Shown here one piece after another: positions 1 through 14,388 of a DNA stretch of 64,000 nucleotides. The stretch is taken from contig MU058718.1 of assembly GCA_013265495.1 (NCBI GenBank), positions 2,170,001 to 2,234,000 on the forward strand, read 5' to 3'. This DNA is from Vicugna vicugna. Its lineage: Eukaryota. Under the pieces are notes generated by a model. The model was given only the letters and a program-made list of their open reading frames with translations, was not told the origin of the DNA and searched no databases. Position 1 is the stretch's first letter, and each line of letters begins with the position of its first letter. The position numbers and the translations under genes are program-made.

Positions 1-293
1 CTACTTACCATTCACTGAGTTTTGACAAATGTGTATACAAACAGAGAACATTATCATCACTCCTAAAAGCTCCTTCACAGCCCTTCCCCATCAGCCAACT
101 CCCCCAGACACAAATACTCTCCTGTTTTGGTTTCTACCACAACTTGGTTTTGCCTACTCTAGAACTCCATATAAACAGAATCATAGAATATGAATGCTTT
201 TAAGGTATCATTCACTCAGCATAATGTTTTGAGATTTATCCACGGTGGTAGATGTATCAGTTGTGAGGTCTTTATACAGCTGAGGTGGATAAT

Positions 294-409
294 TAGGGTG
301 ACCAACTCCTCTTCTTTGCTCAAAAATTTCCTAGTTAAAAAAACTGTTTCCTAGTTTTAGCATCCCAGAAAACTCAGTCCCAGGCAAACCAGGACAGTGA
401 ACCACACTA
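294..409. mobile_element. Small hAT MITE, MER94-like, inserted in L1
   Basis: Ends TAGGGTGACCAAC...CCCAGGCAAACCAGGACAGTGAACCACACTA form imperfect terminal inverted repeats. Confidence 0.65.
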
Positions 410-1461
410 GTTCCACTGTATAATTATATGAGTTTGTTTATATGAGAATTTGTTTATGCATTTTTTTTCTGCTTACAGTTTCTGTGAACATTCTTATACA
501 AATCTTTTTGTGGACACATGCTTTCACTTCTTTTGGGAAAATACCCAAGAGTGGAATTGCTGGGTCATATGGTAGGTATAAATTCAGCTGTATAAGAAAC
601 TGCCAGATCTTTTTCCAAAATGGATGTACAATTTTATACTTTCAACAAAGTATGAGAGTTCCAGTGGTCCCACATCCTAGACAACCTTTGGGGTTGTCAA
701 TCTTTTTAATTATAGCCATGCTGATGGATGTTTTGGTTTTAATTTGCATTTTTCCAGATGACTAATGACATTGTGCTTATTAGCCATTTGTATATCTTCT
801 TTGTGAAAAATCTGTTCATATCTTTGACTGTTTTCAAATTGGGTTGTCTTTTTTTTTTTAATTATTGAGTTGTAGGCAATCTCTATACGTACTGGCAATG
901 AGTCCTTTGTCAGATACATATGTATTGCAGGTATTTTCTTGAGGTCTGTGGCTTGCCTTTGCATTTTCTTAGTCTTGTATTTTGATGAGAAATTTTAAAT
1001 GTTAATTAAGTCTAATTTATGAACTCATTCTTTTGTGGTTATTCTCAATGACCTGCCTAAGAAATCTTTCCTTATACCCAAGTTGTAAAGATAGTCTTCT
1101 GTGTTTATTTTTAAAAACTTTAGACTTCTTTTCAATATTATTTAGGTCTGTGATCCATTCTGAAATTTGTGTGTGTGTGTGTATGGTATGCAGAGGAGCT
1201 AGAGTTCATTTTGTTTCATGTGGATATGCAGTTGTTCCAGCACCACTAGCTAAAAAGATTTCCTTTCCTTCTGCATTGCTTTAGCATCTTTGTCAAAAAT
1301 CAAAAGACCGTATAAGTATGGACTGTTTCCAGCCTGTCTATTCTGTTTCACTGCTCTGTTTGCCTATGTTATGCCAGTAGCACATTGTCTTAATTACTGT
1401 AGCTTTATATGAAGTTTTAAAGTCATGTAGTCTAAGTCCTCTTCTTTTTCAGAGTTACCTT

Positions 1462-1654
1462 CTGTACTGTTCAATACAATAGCCATTAGCCATATGTGAG
1501 TATTTACCTATTTACATTTAATCTAAATTAAATTAAAAGATCAGTTCCTTTCGAGCACTAGGCCCTCAGTAGTCACATATGGCTAGCTAACACACTGAGT
1601 AGTGCAGATACAGAATATTTTCATCATCACAGAAAGCTCTATTGGAAAGAGCTA
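1462..1654 (-). mobile_element. MER3-like hAT-Charlie MITE inserted in L1
   Basis: TAGCCATTAGCCATATGTG...TTTCATCATCACAGAAAGCTCTATTGGA resembles the recalled MER3 consensus in reverse. Confidence 0.7.
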
Positions 1655-3352
1655 CTTTTAAAGTATTTTAGGTCCTTTGCATTTCTATATAAATTTTAGA
1701 ATAAATGTGTCCATTTTTTAAAACCTCAAGGTAGAATTATGACTGGGACTGCACTGAATCTACAGCTCATTTTGGGGAGAATTGCTGTCTTAACAACACT
1801 GCATCTGCCAATCCATGAACAATGGTTTTCATTGATTTAGGTCATCTTTATTTTCTCTCAGGAGTATTTTGTAGTTTTCATTATAAAGGTATTGCTTGTT
1901 TTGAAAAATTTATTCCTAAGTATTTTTTAATGTTATTGATGCTATAGAACTGTGTTTTTTTTTGAATTTCATTTTCTAACTGATTGCTCCTTGTATGTAT
2001 AAGAATACAACGCAATTTTGTATTTTGACCTTGTATCCTGAGAACTTGCTATATTCACTTGTTAGTTCTAGTAGTTATTCAGTAGATTCCTTAAGCTCTT
2101 CTACATAAACAATCATGTTATACACAATTAGAGACAGTTTTACTTCTTAATTTCCAATTTTATACCCTTCGTTTTTCTTGTTTTACTGGAAAATTGAATA
2201 GAAATGGTGAGAGTGGAAATCTTTGCCTTGTTCCCAACTTTAGGGGCAAAACATTCAATATTTTAAGTATGATACTGACTGCAGGTTTTTCAGACATCTT
2301 ATCAGATTGAGGAATATTCCTTCTATCCCCTATTGGCTGAAAGTTTTCACTGTTATTTTTAAATCATGAAGGGTGCTGAATTTTGTCAAATGTTTTTTCT
2401 ACAACTATTCAAATGATTATTTGTTTTTTTTCCTTTGTTCGCTCAGTGTAGTGAATTACATTAATTGATTGTCAAATGTTAAACCAATGTTGCATTCCTG
2501 GGATAAACTCTTTTCAGTCATGATGTATTATCCTTTTTATATGCTCCTTAGATTCTGTATCTCTAAGTATAAGGGATACTAATTTGTAGTTTTTGTCTGT
2601 TTCATATTATCTTTGTCAAGTTTTAGTACCAGAGTAATGTTATTCTCATAAAACATGTTAGGAAGTGTTCCTTTCTCCTCTATTTTCAAGAGTTTGTTTA
2701 ATATTGGAGTTATTTCTTTTTAAAATATTTGATAGAATTAATCAGCAAAAGCAATTAGAGCTGGAGTTTTGAGGGAAATTTCTGACAACAAATTCGATTT
2801 CTTTAACAAATATATGACTATTTGTATTTTGTCTTTAATCAATTATGTTATAGTATACTTTAAAAAAAAAGTCTCCATTTCATTTAAGTTGTCAAATTTA
2901 CGCACAAAGAGTTCACAATATTCTCTCATTTTTCTTTTACTGTCTAATAAGATCTATGGTGATAGTCTCTCTTTCACTCATGGTATTGGCAATTTGTATT
3001 TTCACTCTGCTTTTTTTTTTGTCCATCAAATTTGTTGATCTATTTAAAGAACTAACTTTTGGCTTTAATTTCTCTATTGTTTATTTTTTGTTTCATTGAT
3101 TTCTATCCTGATCTTTATTATTTCAGGTTTTCTACTTACTTTGGGCTTACTACTTGTTTTCTGCTTACCCCTCTTGTGTTTTGTTGTTGGTATTTATTTG
3201 TTGTTCATCTGTCCATCATTTCCTGCATTCTTTTGGGTTACCTGAATTTTTTTGGAACTCCATTTTAATTTATCTATTGGACTTTTAACTATACTTTTCT
3301 ATTTTTTGTTTTGTTTTGTTTTTACTTTTTGCTTTAAGTGATTGCTCTAGGG

Positions 3353-6128
3353 CAACAATTCTTAAAGTGTGGTCCAGAGACCTTAAAGATCAAAATCAAA
3401 ATGATTTTTTAAAAAAAGTACTAAGATGTTATTTGCCTGTTATATTCTCATTCTCTTTTGAATACGCAGCAGAGTTTCCCTGATATAGCAGAGGCTATAT
3501 GATATGTGATGATGTCAACGCTCTGTGTATGTCTGCATTCTTATGTGTTCCAGATTCCTGATATAATAGAATTAGGGTATATATATGTCCATTTTCAGAG
3601 ATTAATTCAGCTTGTTCTCTGTACTTTTACTGGATTCTTACTAGTTTTCTTTGTTTGCACATGCTATATGTGATAAAACCTCATTATTACCAAACAAGTA
3701 GTTATTTTGAAATCCTAAAATTTTCCTTGTACTTATATGGCAGCACAACAAAAACAGGTACAATTTACAGATTTGTTTTACAATATTTAAGGCTTTACTT
3801 CAGAAATTAAAAAATTAACTTTAATATTAAACTCATTTTAGATATTAATCATATTTTATTCTAAGATGAAACAATTATAATTTTTTCCATGTTTAAGAAT
3901 GGGTTATTGGCTTAGGAATAGGGACTTACTGTTTTATTGGCACAAAGTTTCAGTATGGGATGATGAAGATGTTCTGGAGATGGATAGTAGTGATGGTTGC
4001 ACAACAATGTGAATGTACTTAATGCCACTGAACTGTACATTTTAAAATGGTTAAAATGGTAAATTTTATGTTATGTACATTTTATTACAATAAAAAATAT
4101 TTTTCTCAACATACAGCTTCTGTTTACCTCAAAGATGCTGAGAAAGATGAGTGTTAGAATTCTCTGACTTGAAGAAAGAAATCTACATCAAAGTAACCAG
4201 ATAAAACTGATTTCTTCTTTTATCAAATGAAATGTAATGAAAACTACCTTTCAATAGGTTTTATAAATGTTAATCATTTACCTTATTGTGTCTTCTGTGA
4301 CAGAACATTATGTCCAAGTGAAGCTGCAGCACCATTTTGAGACCAATCATTCAGAGTTTAAAGCAAAAGGATTAAAAATTTAAATACAGGTGTGGTGAGC
4401 ATTTTAAACACCACAAATTATTTGTATAACTTTCCAAACTAGAAATTAAAAAGCCACTCAAGCATTTTACAGGCTGAGTTGTTATACTGCATTGGCTGGC
4501 AAAGCATACACATTAACTTAGAGACTAATAAAGCCTTGTACTGTTGATATCACTGAATGCCTGCTGGATGAAAAGTCCAAAAAGAAATTATGGCATTGCT
4601 ATTTTCCAATACAGAAATTCACTGACTCAAAGATTTAACTGAAAGCATAAAGAGTGATTTAATGTCTTGTCAATAGAGTTGTATTTCTGCCTTACAAATA
4701 AATGAATCTGATATAGCAGGACTAATTTTGTTTGTATTCATCTGGTGTCAGCACCAACTAATCATCCAAGAAAATAATCTTTTATGTCAATGTCTGAGAA
4801 GAAACACAAATAGTACTGAAATATTCAAAGTGTTGAAAATTCTTCTGATTGTTTATCCTGGGCCAACTGCATTGATAATCTCACTCATGGTACAAAAGCA
4901 ATAGTGGGTAAAACTTTGCACCACAGTACAAATCAATACAGTGGCACCAAACTGTCCTATTCTATTCAGTACTATGCACTCCCTGTTAAAAAAGACAACT
5001 TCACTTAAGAATGTCCTTGATGAAGCAGTGAAAATATTTACTGAATATTGACTCTAGAGTACATATCTATTTAATATTCTGTGTGATAAGACGTGCACTT
5101 AAAGCAATTCTGCGGCATCCTGAAGCAAAGTGGTTGTCTTGAGGAGAAGCACTTATGTGACTGACTTGTGAGCTGAACTAGCCACTTTTTTCATGAAACT
5201 GATTTTTTACCTAGCAGAAAACTACGGCAGACAAACAATGGTTATTCAGACTTGGTTAATGTGCATACATTTTTTCTCAAAAATAAATGAAATGAGCCTG
5301 TCATGTCAAAGAAAACATCTGACAATATTTATTGCCAACAATGAAATATGAACTTTCAAGTGAAACTTGGAATTTTTGAAAACCTGAGAGCACTTATATC
5401 CACTGTGAGATTGGCAGTTTCCCAAAACTTAAATACTATTCTGATGAGACTGGTAGTAATAATAACAAATGTTATTATGGATACAGTCTAAAGAAATGTA
5501 TCAACATTTTAAAGATCTGTGACTACTCTTTTCCAATGATCAATGCATAATCTTACAAACTCAAAGTGCAAGATAGACCAATGGAGAGTACAAAAAGTTC
5601 ACTACTGTGGTTTTAGATTCCACATGGCAACTAACCCTTAAGAAACCTCCACTTCAGAGTTTTGGTGTAGTATTAAAGAAGAATATCCACAATTATCTGA
5701 AAAGGCTATTAAAATTCTCCTCCATTTTCCAACTATATATATGTGTGAGGATGGATTTTCTTCATATACTTCAACCTAAACAACATATCACAACAGATTG
5801 AATGCAGAAGCAGACATGAAAATCCAGCTGTCTTCTACTTAGTCAGACATTAAAGAGATTTGCAAAATGTATAACAATGTCGATCTTCTCACTAATTTAT
5901 TTTTGTTTTGGAAAATATAATATTTATCATAAAAACATGTTATGTAAATATAATTGATTTATTATTATTTTAAATGAATTAATAAATGAATATGTAAAAA
6001 TTTCTCAATCTTTTTTCTAAAATGTATATACAGGTAGATACAATCTCATAAACAAAAGCTCTTTGGGGTCCTCAACAATTCTTAGGAGTGTAATGGGATC
6101 TTAAGACCAAAAAGTTTGAGAACCACTG
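3353..6128 (+). mobile_element. Near-full-length Charlie1-like hAT DNA transposon with decayed transposase
   Basis: TIRs CAACAATTCTTAAA and TTTGAGAACCACTG; 8-bp TSD CTCTAGGG (3345-3352) and CTCTAGAG (6129-6136). Fragmented hAT motifs on + strand: NENYLSIGF, PYCVFC..KLQHHFETNH, ALQINES, HPEAKWLS*GEAL and FPTIYMCEDGFS. Confidence 0.9.
3915..4098 (+). mobile_element. 5'-truncated L1 3' end (L1MB-like) nested inside the Charlie element
   Basis: GATGAAGATGTTCTGGAGATGGATAGTAGTGATGGTTGCACAACAATGTGAATGTACTTAATGCCACTGAACTGTAC...ACAATAAAAAA. Confidence 0.85.
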
Positions 6129-6136
6129 CTCTAGAG

Positions 6137-7945
6137 ATTATATGTATGTAACTTTTCACAATCTAAGTAACAGTTAATATTATACCACTTGATGTAAAAT
6201 GTGAGAACTGCAACAACATAGGCCCTATTCTTTATGCTATAGTGCTATGGTTGTTATATACTACATAGAAAATTATATATTATATCTGCACATGTAAGCC
6301 TCACATTATAATTTTTGATTTGCATAGTCATATGTATTTGAAAGAAATTAAGAAATTATATTTACCCACATATTTATTATTTCTCATATTCTTCATTTCT
6401 TCCTGATGAGCTTAAATTCAAGTTGATTTTATTTCTCTTCAGTCTGTAGAATTTTCTCAGCATTTCTTGTAGTATAGGTCTGTTGGTAATGAACCCTCTT
6501 AGTTTTCTTTTATCTGAAGATATTTTTACTTCTTCATCATTCTTTAAGAATATTTTCCTGGATACAGATTTCAGAGTTGACATTTTTCTTTCAGGATTTC
6601 AAAGATACTGTTTCCATATCTCCTGATTCCCATTATTTCTGATGAGAAGTGAGCAAATGTTTGAATCAATGTACCCTATGTATGTGTCTTTTTTTTTTTG
6701 CTCTCAAATTTTTTTCTTTTTGGTTTTAAGCACTTTGGCTACAGCGAACCTAGGTGATATTTTCTTCATATTTATCCTGATCGGGTTTGCTGAGCTTCGT
6801 GAAATTGTAAATTTATGTCTTTCATCAAAATTGGAAAATTTAGGTCATATTTCTTCAAATTTTTTCTTCAACCCAATTTTCTCCCTCTTTTCCTTTGTGA
6901 GTTCCAGTTATATATAATTTGGCCCTGAGATTCTGTTCATTTTATTATCATCTTTCTCTTGACTCTCCTCTGTTCTTCAGATTGAATAATTTCTATTGAT
7001 TTATGTTCACTGATTCTTCTTTCATTTCCAATCTGCTGCTAAGCCCAACTAGTTACTATTTAATTTTAAATATTGTATTTTTTTAAATTCTAGAATTTCT
7101 GGTGGTCTTAAAAAATAGTTTCTGTTTCTCTTGAGATTTATTATTTATTTATTCATCCAAGTATATTTTCCTTTACATCTTCAAGTATACTATAAAATTT
7201 TTGTCTGATAAATCCAACTTCTGGATCATCTGTGGGGAATTGCCTCCTATGATTGCTTTTTGAGTCTTGCTTTTTGCTCTTGAGTATGAGTGGTATTTTC
7301 CTGTTTCTTCATATATCTAGTAACCTTGGATTGTGTTCTGGATATTCTGAGTGCCATGTTTTAGGGTCTGGATGTTTTTATAGTCCTTTGAAAAATACTG
7401 ATTTTTCTTTTTTTCCCTTTTAAAATATTTTTTTATTTTTAGCAGATAATTATTCTAGTTAGACGCAAATACCAAACTGCCTTCCATTCATAGATAGCAG
7501 CTGAAATCTTAGTTCAATTCCTTTATCCTTAACTGTGCTGCTGCTTGGAGTCTGTCCTGCACATGTGTAGCTCAGGTATCTGATAAAAAATGTGGCAGAG
7601 TTTATAATCAGAATTTGAAACTTCCTCTATCTGGCTGCCTTCTTCCTGAGATTTCCCTCTCACTTTCCATCTGGAGTAATTTCTTGAATTTTGTCCCACA
7701 GTTATTTAAGCAAGTAGAATAGCAGGTTTCTCTTCAAGTTTTGGCTGCACCATGGATGGGACTTTCCCTCAGGCTAGAAGCTGTAAAAAACAGGAAACTC
7801 ACTCAGTGTCATTTCCTTCTTCTAAGTGGTTGCTCTTCAGTGCCTCCAGTGTTTTTCATATTTTGTCCAGAATTTATCATTGCTTTCTGTAGAAGGTTGG
7901 GTCCAATAGAAGTTACTCAGCCAATACCAGAAGTAGAACCCTGCA
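6137..7945 (-). mobile_element. Continuation of the old antisense L1 (ORF1 / 5' region)
   Basis: Minus-strand ORF 6377-6583 (KIFLKNDEEVKISSDKRKLRGFITNRPILQEML) resembles the L1 ORF1p C-terminus; the element resumes right after the Charlie TSD. Confidence 0.8.
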
Positions 7946-9874
7946 CATACTTTTTGAATCCATCTCACAAATGCTATTTCCATTTTGAAATTAGAATGCC
8001 AAACTAAGCATCAAAAATAAGAAAACAAAGTAGTCTCAATTAGTAAATTAAAAAATATATTTTGATAATTATAAGGCCTAAACAGCTTCAAAAATAGTTT
8101 CATGACGCTAAGACACAAGAAATTAGATTTCAGCTCCTAGGATCCTATCATTATGGAGTAGATGGCTTTTCTTGGGAGGACCTTCTGACCATGGGGAAAA
8201 AAAATTCTGAAAATACCTGCTGATCTAGTAAAAGAATCTAAAAGTGTAAGGAAACTACTTGAGCTTAGGAGTAGATACAAGATATAAACCCAGTGTTGTT
8301 AGCAGGGATTTTTCAAATGGAACAAGTGTGTGGTGGGTTGGCGCAGCAACAGGATAGGAAATAAGACTTGGAGTATAAGAATTAGTGTAACAAAGAGGGT
8401 ACATTAAAGAAGTGCCACAGCTTAAGATGGATGAAGTAAACCCCAGTAACTCAAGAGAGAAATTATAACAGAATATTGGGAAGGTGGCACTCATATCTAT
8501 TACAGAAGATGATACAGCCTCTATTTTTCCACCATCATCCTTCCCAAATTCTGGTAAAATCATATTTCAGGGTGATGGAAGAGAGACTAATGGTATTTAA
8601 GGCTGTTTAATTATGGCCTAAGTTATCATACACCACTTCTTTATTCTTACAGGATAGGCTGATTTGCATGAAAGATCAGAAATATAGTTTAGTTAAATGT
8701 TACTGTGTCTCTGCAAGATACTGATGCTGCCTCCCATCCCAATACATTAATTCATATGGATCAAAGGTTGAGTGAACATGGGGCAGAAAGGTTCACATAG
8801 TAACTAACACTGTTAGACATTTAGGAGAGAGAAGGGGAGAAAATACATTATTTGCAAATGGCTGACAGTGGGGAGACCAGCGGGCCTTGAGTCAGACAAT
8901 GATTCTTTTATATTCTTATCTAGATAAACAATTGTGTATGTCCTTGACCAGAGAAATAAGGCTAAAAGCTTAACTTTTATTCCCATCCTGCCTTTCAGTG
9001 GTCTTTCACACAGATAATCCCAATTTGCTACTATAGAGGCTAAACATCAACCATTGGTTTAAATCTTTTTCTGCTGATAAGTTATTTTGTCTATTAAAAA
9101 TGATGTCTTCTATATTATTATAAATATTCTTATTTTTCTGAATGGAAAGGAATATTAGAATAAAAATAATTTTATTATATTCATTGTAATGCTGAAAGTC
9201 ACATTATAGTTCTGATAAAAAGTAAATAAATTCAAATATACCACAGAAATCATACAAATAAAGGCAAAGCAAACATCAGTAAAAAGAAAAACTTAATGGG
9301 AGAAAAAGACCAATACTAACAAACAAGCATATCAATAGCTATAAACTATTTGCTTACAATATAAAGAGTTTGTAAAAAAGAAACTATGTAATATTTTTCC
9401 CAAAGTTAATGAGACACATTTGAAATGTCAGCAATAGGCAAAAAGTTAAAGGATAATATTAAGTTTATCATGCCCATGCAAATAATATAAAACTGAGATT
9501 ATAATAAAAGATACGGTAGATTTCAGAACAAAAAATACTACCTACAATTAAAAAGGCCATTATATAACTTCAACAATACTTGTTCCAAATTTTCTGAGAA
9601 AAGTGAGTTAAATATTAGATGAAATATAATCTATCAGAGATTTCAACCCTTATCAAAATCTGGGTGGAATGAGACATAAATAAGGTAGAGTCAAATAAAA
9701 TTAAAATATTTAAAAGACAAATGTTATACTTCAGTGATTCTTATTCTTTTTCACTGTTCCTTTTGAGAATTTGATTACATATATAGAACCTGTCTACAAA
9801 TAAATTTTGCCTACAATTTCAGGTATTCAAGAACTTTCTGAAGCTACATTCCCATCCCTTAGTATACATTAGGA

Positions 9875-10168
9875 TCATAATAGCTAACATTTATAAGCCC
9901 TTCCCAAGCGCTAGGTATTCTACTAACCACTTTATATGCATTTTATTTAATTCTTAAAACAACCTTATAAGAAGTACTACTCTTATCTTCAAATAATCTA
10001 TGAGATCAGCACTATCATTTCCATTTTACAGATCAGGAGGGTGACACTTTTGCTGTTACTTGTCCAATGTTATGCAGCCAATAAGTAGAGAAATGGGATT
10101 TATCTACATCCTTATCACTCTGATTCCAAGTTTCCAGCTCTTAATCACTATGATTCACTGCCTCTTGC
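9875..10168 (-). mobile_element. MIR SINE
   Basis: AATAGCTAACATTTAT...AACAACCTTATAAG...CCATTTTACAGAT core. Confidence 0.7.
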
Positions 10169-10321
10169 TAAGGTCTTTTTAAATTAATTTTAAAAATCAA
10201 TATACCTGAAAAAGAGATCTAAACATATCCCAAAGTATATCCAATCCCAGTTTTTAATTTATATAACCCTCATTGCAAAATAGAATTTGAAGTAATTACA
10301 GAGATACACACAAAATGAAAA

Positions 10322-10946
10322 ATAAACATAGGATTTACCATATGATCCACTCATGGGCATATATCCAGAGAAAACTATAATTCGAAAAGACGCAAGCATC
10401 CCAATGTTCATAGCAGCCCTATTTACTACAGCTAAGTCATGGAAGCAACTTAAATGTTCATTGACAGATGCTTGGATAAAGAAGATATGGTATATTTATA
10501 GAATGGACTACTACTCAGCCATAAAAAGGAATGAAATAATGCCATTTTCAAGCAAAATGGATAAACCTAGAGATTATCATACCAAGTGAAGTCAGATGGA
10601 GAAAGACAAATATCATATGATATCACTTACATGTGAAATCTTAAAAAAAATGATAGAACTAAACTTATTTACAAAACAGAAAGAGACTCAGACATAGAAA
10701 ACAAACTTATGGTTACCAAAGGGGAAAGGGTAGGGGGAGGGATAAATCAGGATTTGGTGATTAGCAGATATAAATTATATATATAAACTAGATAAACATC
10801 AAGGACCTAATGTTTGAACTACATTCAGTATCTTGTAATAATCTATAATGAAAAAGAATATATACATGTATAACTGAATCATTATGCCATATACCAGAAA
10901 CTAACACAAAATTGTAAATCAAATATACTAAAGTTAAAAAAAAAAA
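10322..10946 (+). mobile_element. 5'-truncated younger L1 (ORF2 C-terminus, 3' UTR, A-tail)
   Basis: ORF 10353-10589 (GIYPEKTII..PMFIAALFTTAKSWKQLKC..WIKKIWYIY) is the L1 ORF2p C-terminus; poly(A) at 10936-10946. Confidence 0.9.
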
Positions 10947-12915
10947 GTAAGGTCATCTACGATTGATATAAAGGTGAGCCACATATTTGCCTCTGAATGA
11001 TACAGTAGCCAGGGAAAAGAAGTATTTAATCAGTAATGTTTTACCTGGTACTGAATTGGAGAAAAAGATATTTTCTGGGGAACATTGAGTGTGTGGACAA
11101 TAGCCTCAACATTATACATAGTGATTTTAAGATAAATGTTTCTTACAAGAAATTTCTTACATATTTCTTGATGAAGGCCAAAGCATAATGTCACACTGTC
11201 AGGAAAGACAATTCTATCCAGGGTACAATGCAGTTTCAGCACACAACTCTACAATGTCTGGATGGGGCAGAAGATAAAATATAGAAAAAGCAAGGGAATG
11301 GACAGACTGTACATCCTTCAGGTAACCTTTCTGGCAATTACGCCTTTGAATCTAACAGCTGGTAGTTTATTTTCTCTAACAAGATCCTAGACTATAGAAA
11401 TTCTACATCGTTTAGTAGGCCTGACTCATATGCATGGACAGTTGAGCAGAGGGAAAAACTGGTAAATTCTTACGGAAGTTAGAGGGCCTGAAGAGGACAG
11501 ATACCTGAATTTTAGACTTTTTACCAAAGTGAGCTGAAGGAAGACCTATGTGTAGAGATACCATCTAATTCACACTGATGTGCAAATATGTAGTATTTGA
11601 GACATGGTGAAATCCAAACAGAAAATTTTCTTTGTTTTTGTCAAATAAGAATGTTGCTACAATATAATGAGATTACGGAAAGCTGCCAAGGCAGTACTTG
11701 AGAAAACATATTCCCCTAAATATCTTTATTCATTAACAAAATAATAAATTCAGTGTCTACATAAGAACACAGATATGGAACAAAGTAACAACCTTACATA
11801 TATAAGAAAATTAAAAAATGAAAGAGTAGAAATAAACTATTCAAACTAATAGTAACTAACATTAAACACAAGTTAGAGTTGCTGCTTTGAAAAAGAACCA
11901 ACTTACAACAGTGTTCCAGTTGTTAAAAGAATAAAATAAAATTTAAGAACATTGAGATAGAGAGTTATTTCTAAATTTTACTTTGGAGATGGAGGAGAAG
12001 GGACCAAATTAAGTTCATAAAAAGAGGAAACATTAGAGTGATGCCTTTAAAGTTTGGTAAGATGAGGACAAACAGGAATAGAGCACTGGGAGGGGGAAAA
12101 GGCATTCCTGGAAGATGAAAAAGCCTAAGGATATAGACACGGAAGATACTCTGTGCCATTGAGAAATAAGGCAGTTAAGGTTAGTTGAGAAAAATTATGG
12201 AGGTTCTCATTATCACCAAATATGTAGAAGAAGGAAGGAAGAATAAAAAGAGAAAAACAGAAGACTGAGCTTTCAGGAAAACAAAGCAGTTTGAAAGTGG
12301 AGGAGGCAGATGCTTTACAGATATTTGTTGACTGAATAAAAGAAATGGTCATTACTGAATATTGTCATAGAAGTCAAAACACAAGAATAAGCCTAGTGAT
12401 TTTACAAGGAGAATGTGAAAGCAAGATGATGTACTCTCTGTATAAAGATATTTATAACCTAATTAGGAAGACCAAGAACTACATAACAGTACAATATAAT
12501 ACAAATAATCTAATACCTCATATTATATTTACCTTTAATAGGTACGTATTTGAACACGTCTTTCTGTAGTGTTCCCAGAGAATTCTGAATCCATGCACCT
12601 TTTACATTTAAGTGAATACCTTCCATATGATAGTTAGGGGAAGGTGTTTGAAATTTCTGGAGGAGTTATCAGATGAACTTCCCTTCTCAGATTGGTGACT
12701 TTACCATAGTCAGAGTAGTTGCTATTTCAAAGCAAGTAGAACCAAACTTAGAAAGTTGCTAGGTATGCCAAAAAGAAGCCCTTTAAATTCAACCACATGT
12801 GTTATCACTTCAAGCAAGAGGTATGGATTCTATGGTGATGTCATTACACTATGAGAAGATGTTGTTGCTACACCAAGAGATTATGTACCACAACAACAGT
12901 GATTGTATTATTCTT

Positions 12916-13048
12916 TTTTTTTTTTGCAGGGGGGAGGTAATTAAGTTTATTTATTTATTTGATTTTTCAGTAGAAGTACTAGGGATTGAATCCAAGGACC
13001 TCAGGCATGCTAGGCATGCACTCTACCACTTGAGCTATACCTTCCCCC
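12916..13048 (-). mobile_element. tRNA-derived SINE, Vic-1-like (camelid)
   Basis: Minus strand GGGGGAAGGTATAGCTCAAGTGGTAGAGTGCATG..GGATTCAATCCC (A and B boxes), A-tail, perfect 12-bp TSD TGTATTATTCTT (12904-12915, 13049-13060). Confidence 0.88.
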
Positions 13049-14159
13049 TGTATTATTCTTAACACTTAAACTGAAGCCAGAATTAGCTAACATATTTAAA
13101 GTTTAGGATGTAACCTTTAGAATGGAAGTTGAATAAAATAATTTTCCAGGTAAGATAATGGGTTTGAAAGTAAGTCTGTCTGCCTCTCTCTTTCTCTTCT
13201 CTATTATTATTTCTATATTTGTATTTCTACTGATATATGTTTAGAAAATAAAATTAAAGTTGCCTCCTAAATTTAATGGACAAGTTGATTACCATGCATT
13301 TAATTATAGTACCTTCCTTTACTAGGACTATATAGAGGATAATAATATAGAAGTCTAAAAATATTTCAGAGAACTTTTCTGTTTAAGACATAATCTTGCT
13401 TATTTTCAATGAAATAGGCAACGATGCCAAATTAAAGCAAGCTTGTATGTTTGTATAATTCCATGCACCAATATCCGTACATCTATCCCCCACACCCAAT
13501 GCCATACATACACCATGATACGGATCCACTGTTCAACCATTGTCAATCAACAACTGCAGAAATGTCCATAGTTTTTTGTTAACAGGTAAACACTGGCTTC
13601 TGTTTACTGATCCAAAGCATAAGGAGAGGGAGAAGCAAGGCATTTATAAATTCAGTTACATGACAAGCTTTTTCAAATATCATAGGTAAAGTTAACATTT
13701 TAGAAACCTTTATACAAATAAACACTACTTTACCAATATGACATCTTGACATTGTTAATCCAAATGTATGCAGATATAATCTGGTAAATTTGTTTAATGG
13801 CAATACCAGCACTCTTACTGATGAAATCTTGAGTTGTTGGTATGGCTTTGTATACTAGACTATTTGTGATATATTCATATAAATTCTGATTTACTTCATT
13901 TAATTAGCCTCCAATGCAGAGGATATAAATTATAGAAAATACAATATGCTCAGTATAAGCTTCTTTTAAAAAAACATTGTTTAGTAAGGGCTAAGTTTTT
14001 AATACATTTTGATTTCTTGTGAGCATCCTTTCATGCTCAAAAACGTACCTGCCATTCAGAATATTTTTTAAAGAAATATAAAATTTCCATTAAAATATAG
14101 TTCATAGGATGAGGATTTGAAGTTAGATCTTTAAGTGTAAATTTAAGAAATATACTTAC

Positions 14160-14388
14160 CTTTGATTCGAGGTAGACATTTGCTGATGACATTTTTGTGA
14201 TTTTGCATATGTAACTAACTAAAGAGATGGCACAAAGAATAAACAGGCTGTCATTAATTAACGCTCGAACAAACACAGTCCATTTCAACTGATTTTCTGG
14301 GACATCTCCGTGGACTAGCATTGCACAAGTCAAGTTCACCACTAAAAAGAGAAGGCTTGCCATTATAAAGCCCAAATGCAATAGAATT
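14160..14388 (-). CDS. GPR137C: GPR137C coding exon 3 (229 bp)
   Basis: TTTCAG| acceptor and AAG|GTAAGT donor. Encodes [76 protein letters not shown] with two hydrophobic helices. 426+44+229=699 nt, in frame. Confidence 0.95.

Larger units (their letters stand above)
1..3344 (-). mobile_element. Old L1 (L1M-type) LINE, 3' UTR and ORF2 remnant
   Basis: Antisense L1 motifs such as GAGTGGAATTGCTGGGTCATATGGTA, CAGTTGTTCCAGCACCA and TGCCAATCCATGAACA; no intact ORF. Confidence 0.85.

Noticed and set aside
4230..5870. Domesticated ZBED5/Buster-like gene
   Set aside because: Multiple stops and frameshifts, no long ORF, and retained TIRs and TSD indicate a dead transposon.
8220..8630. Possible processed-pseudogene or ERV fragment (102-aa minus-strand ORF)
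   Set aside because: I recognise no protein family, poly(A) tail or TSD; left unassigned pending BLASTX/Dfam.
12970..13048. tRNA-Ala-like genes (also ~16230-16308 and ~47950-48027)
   Set aside because: They have A-tails and TSDs and diverge from one another, so they are SINEs rather than tRNA genes.
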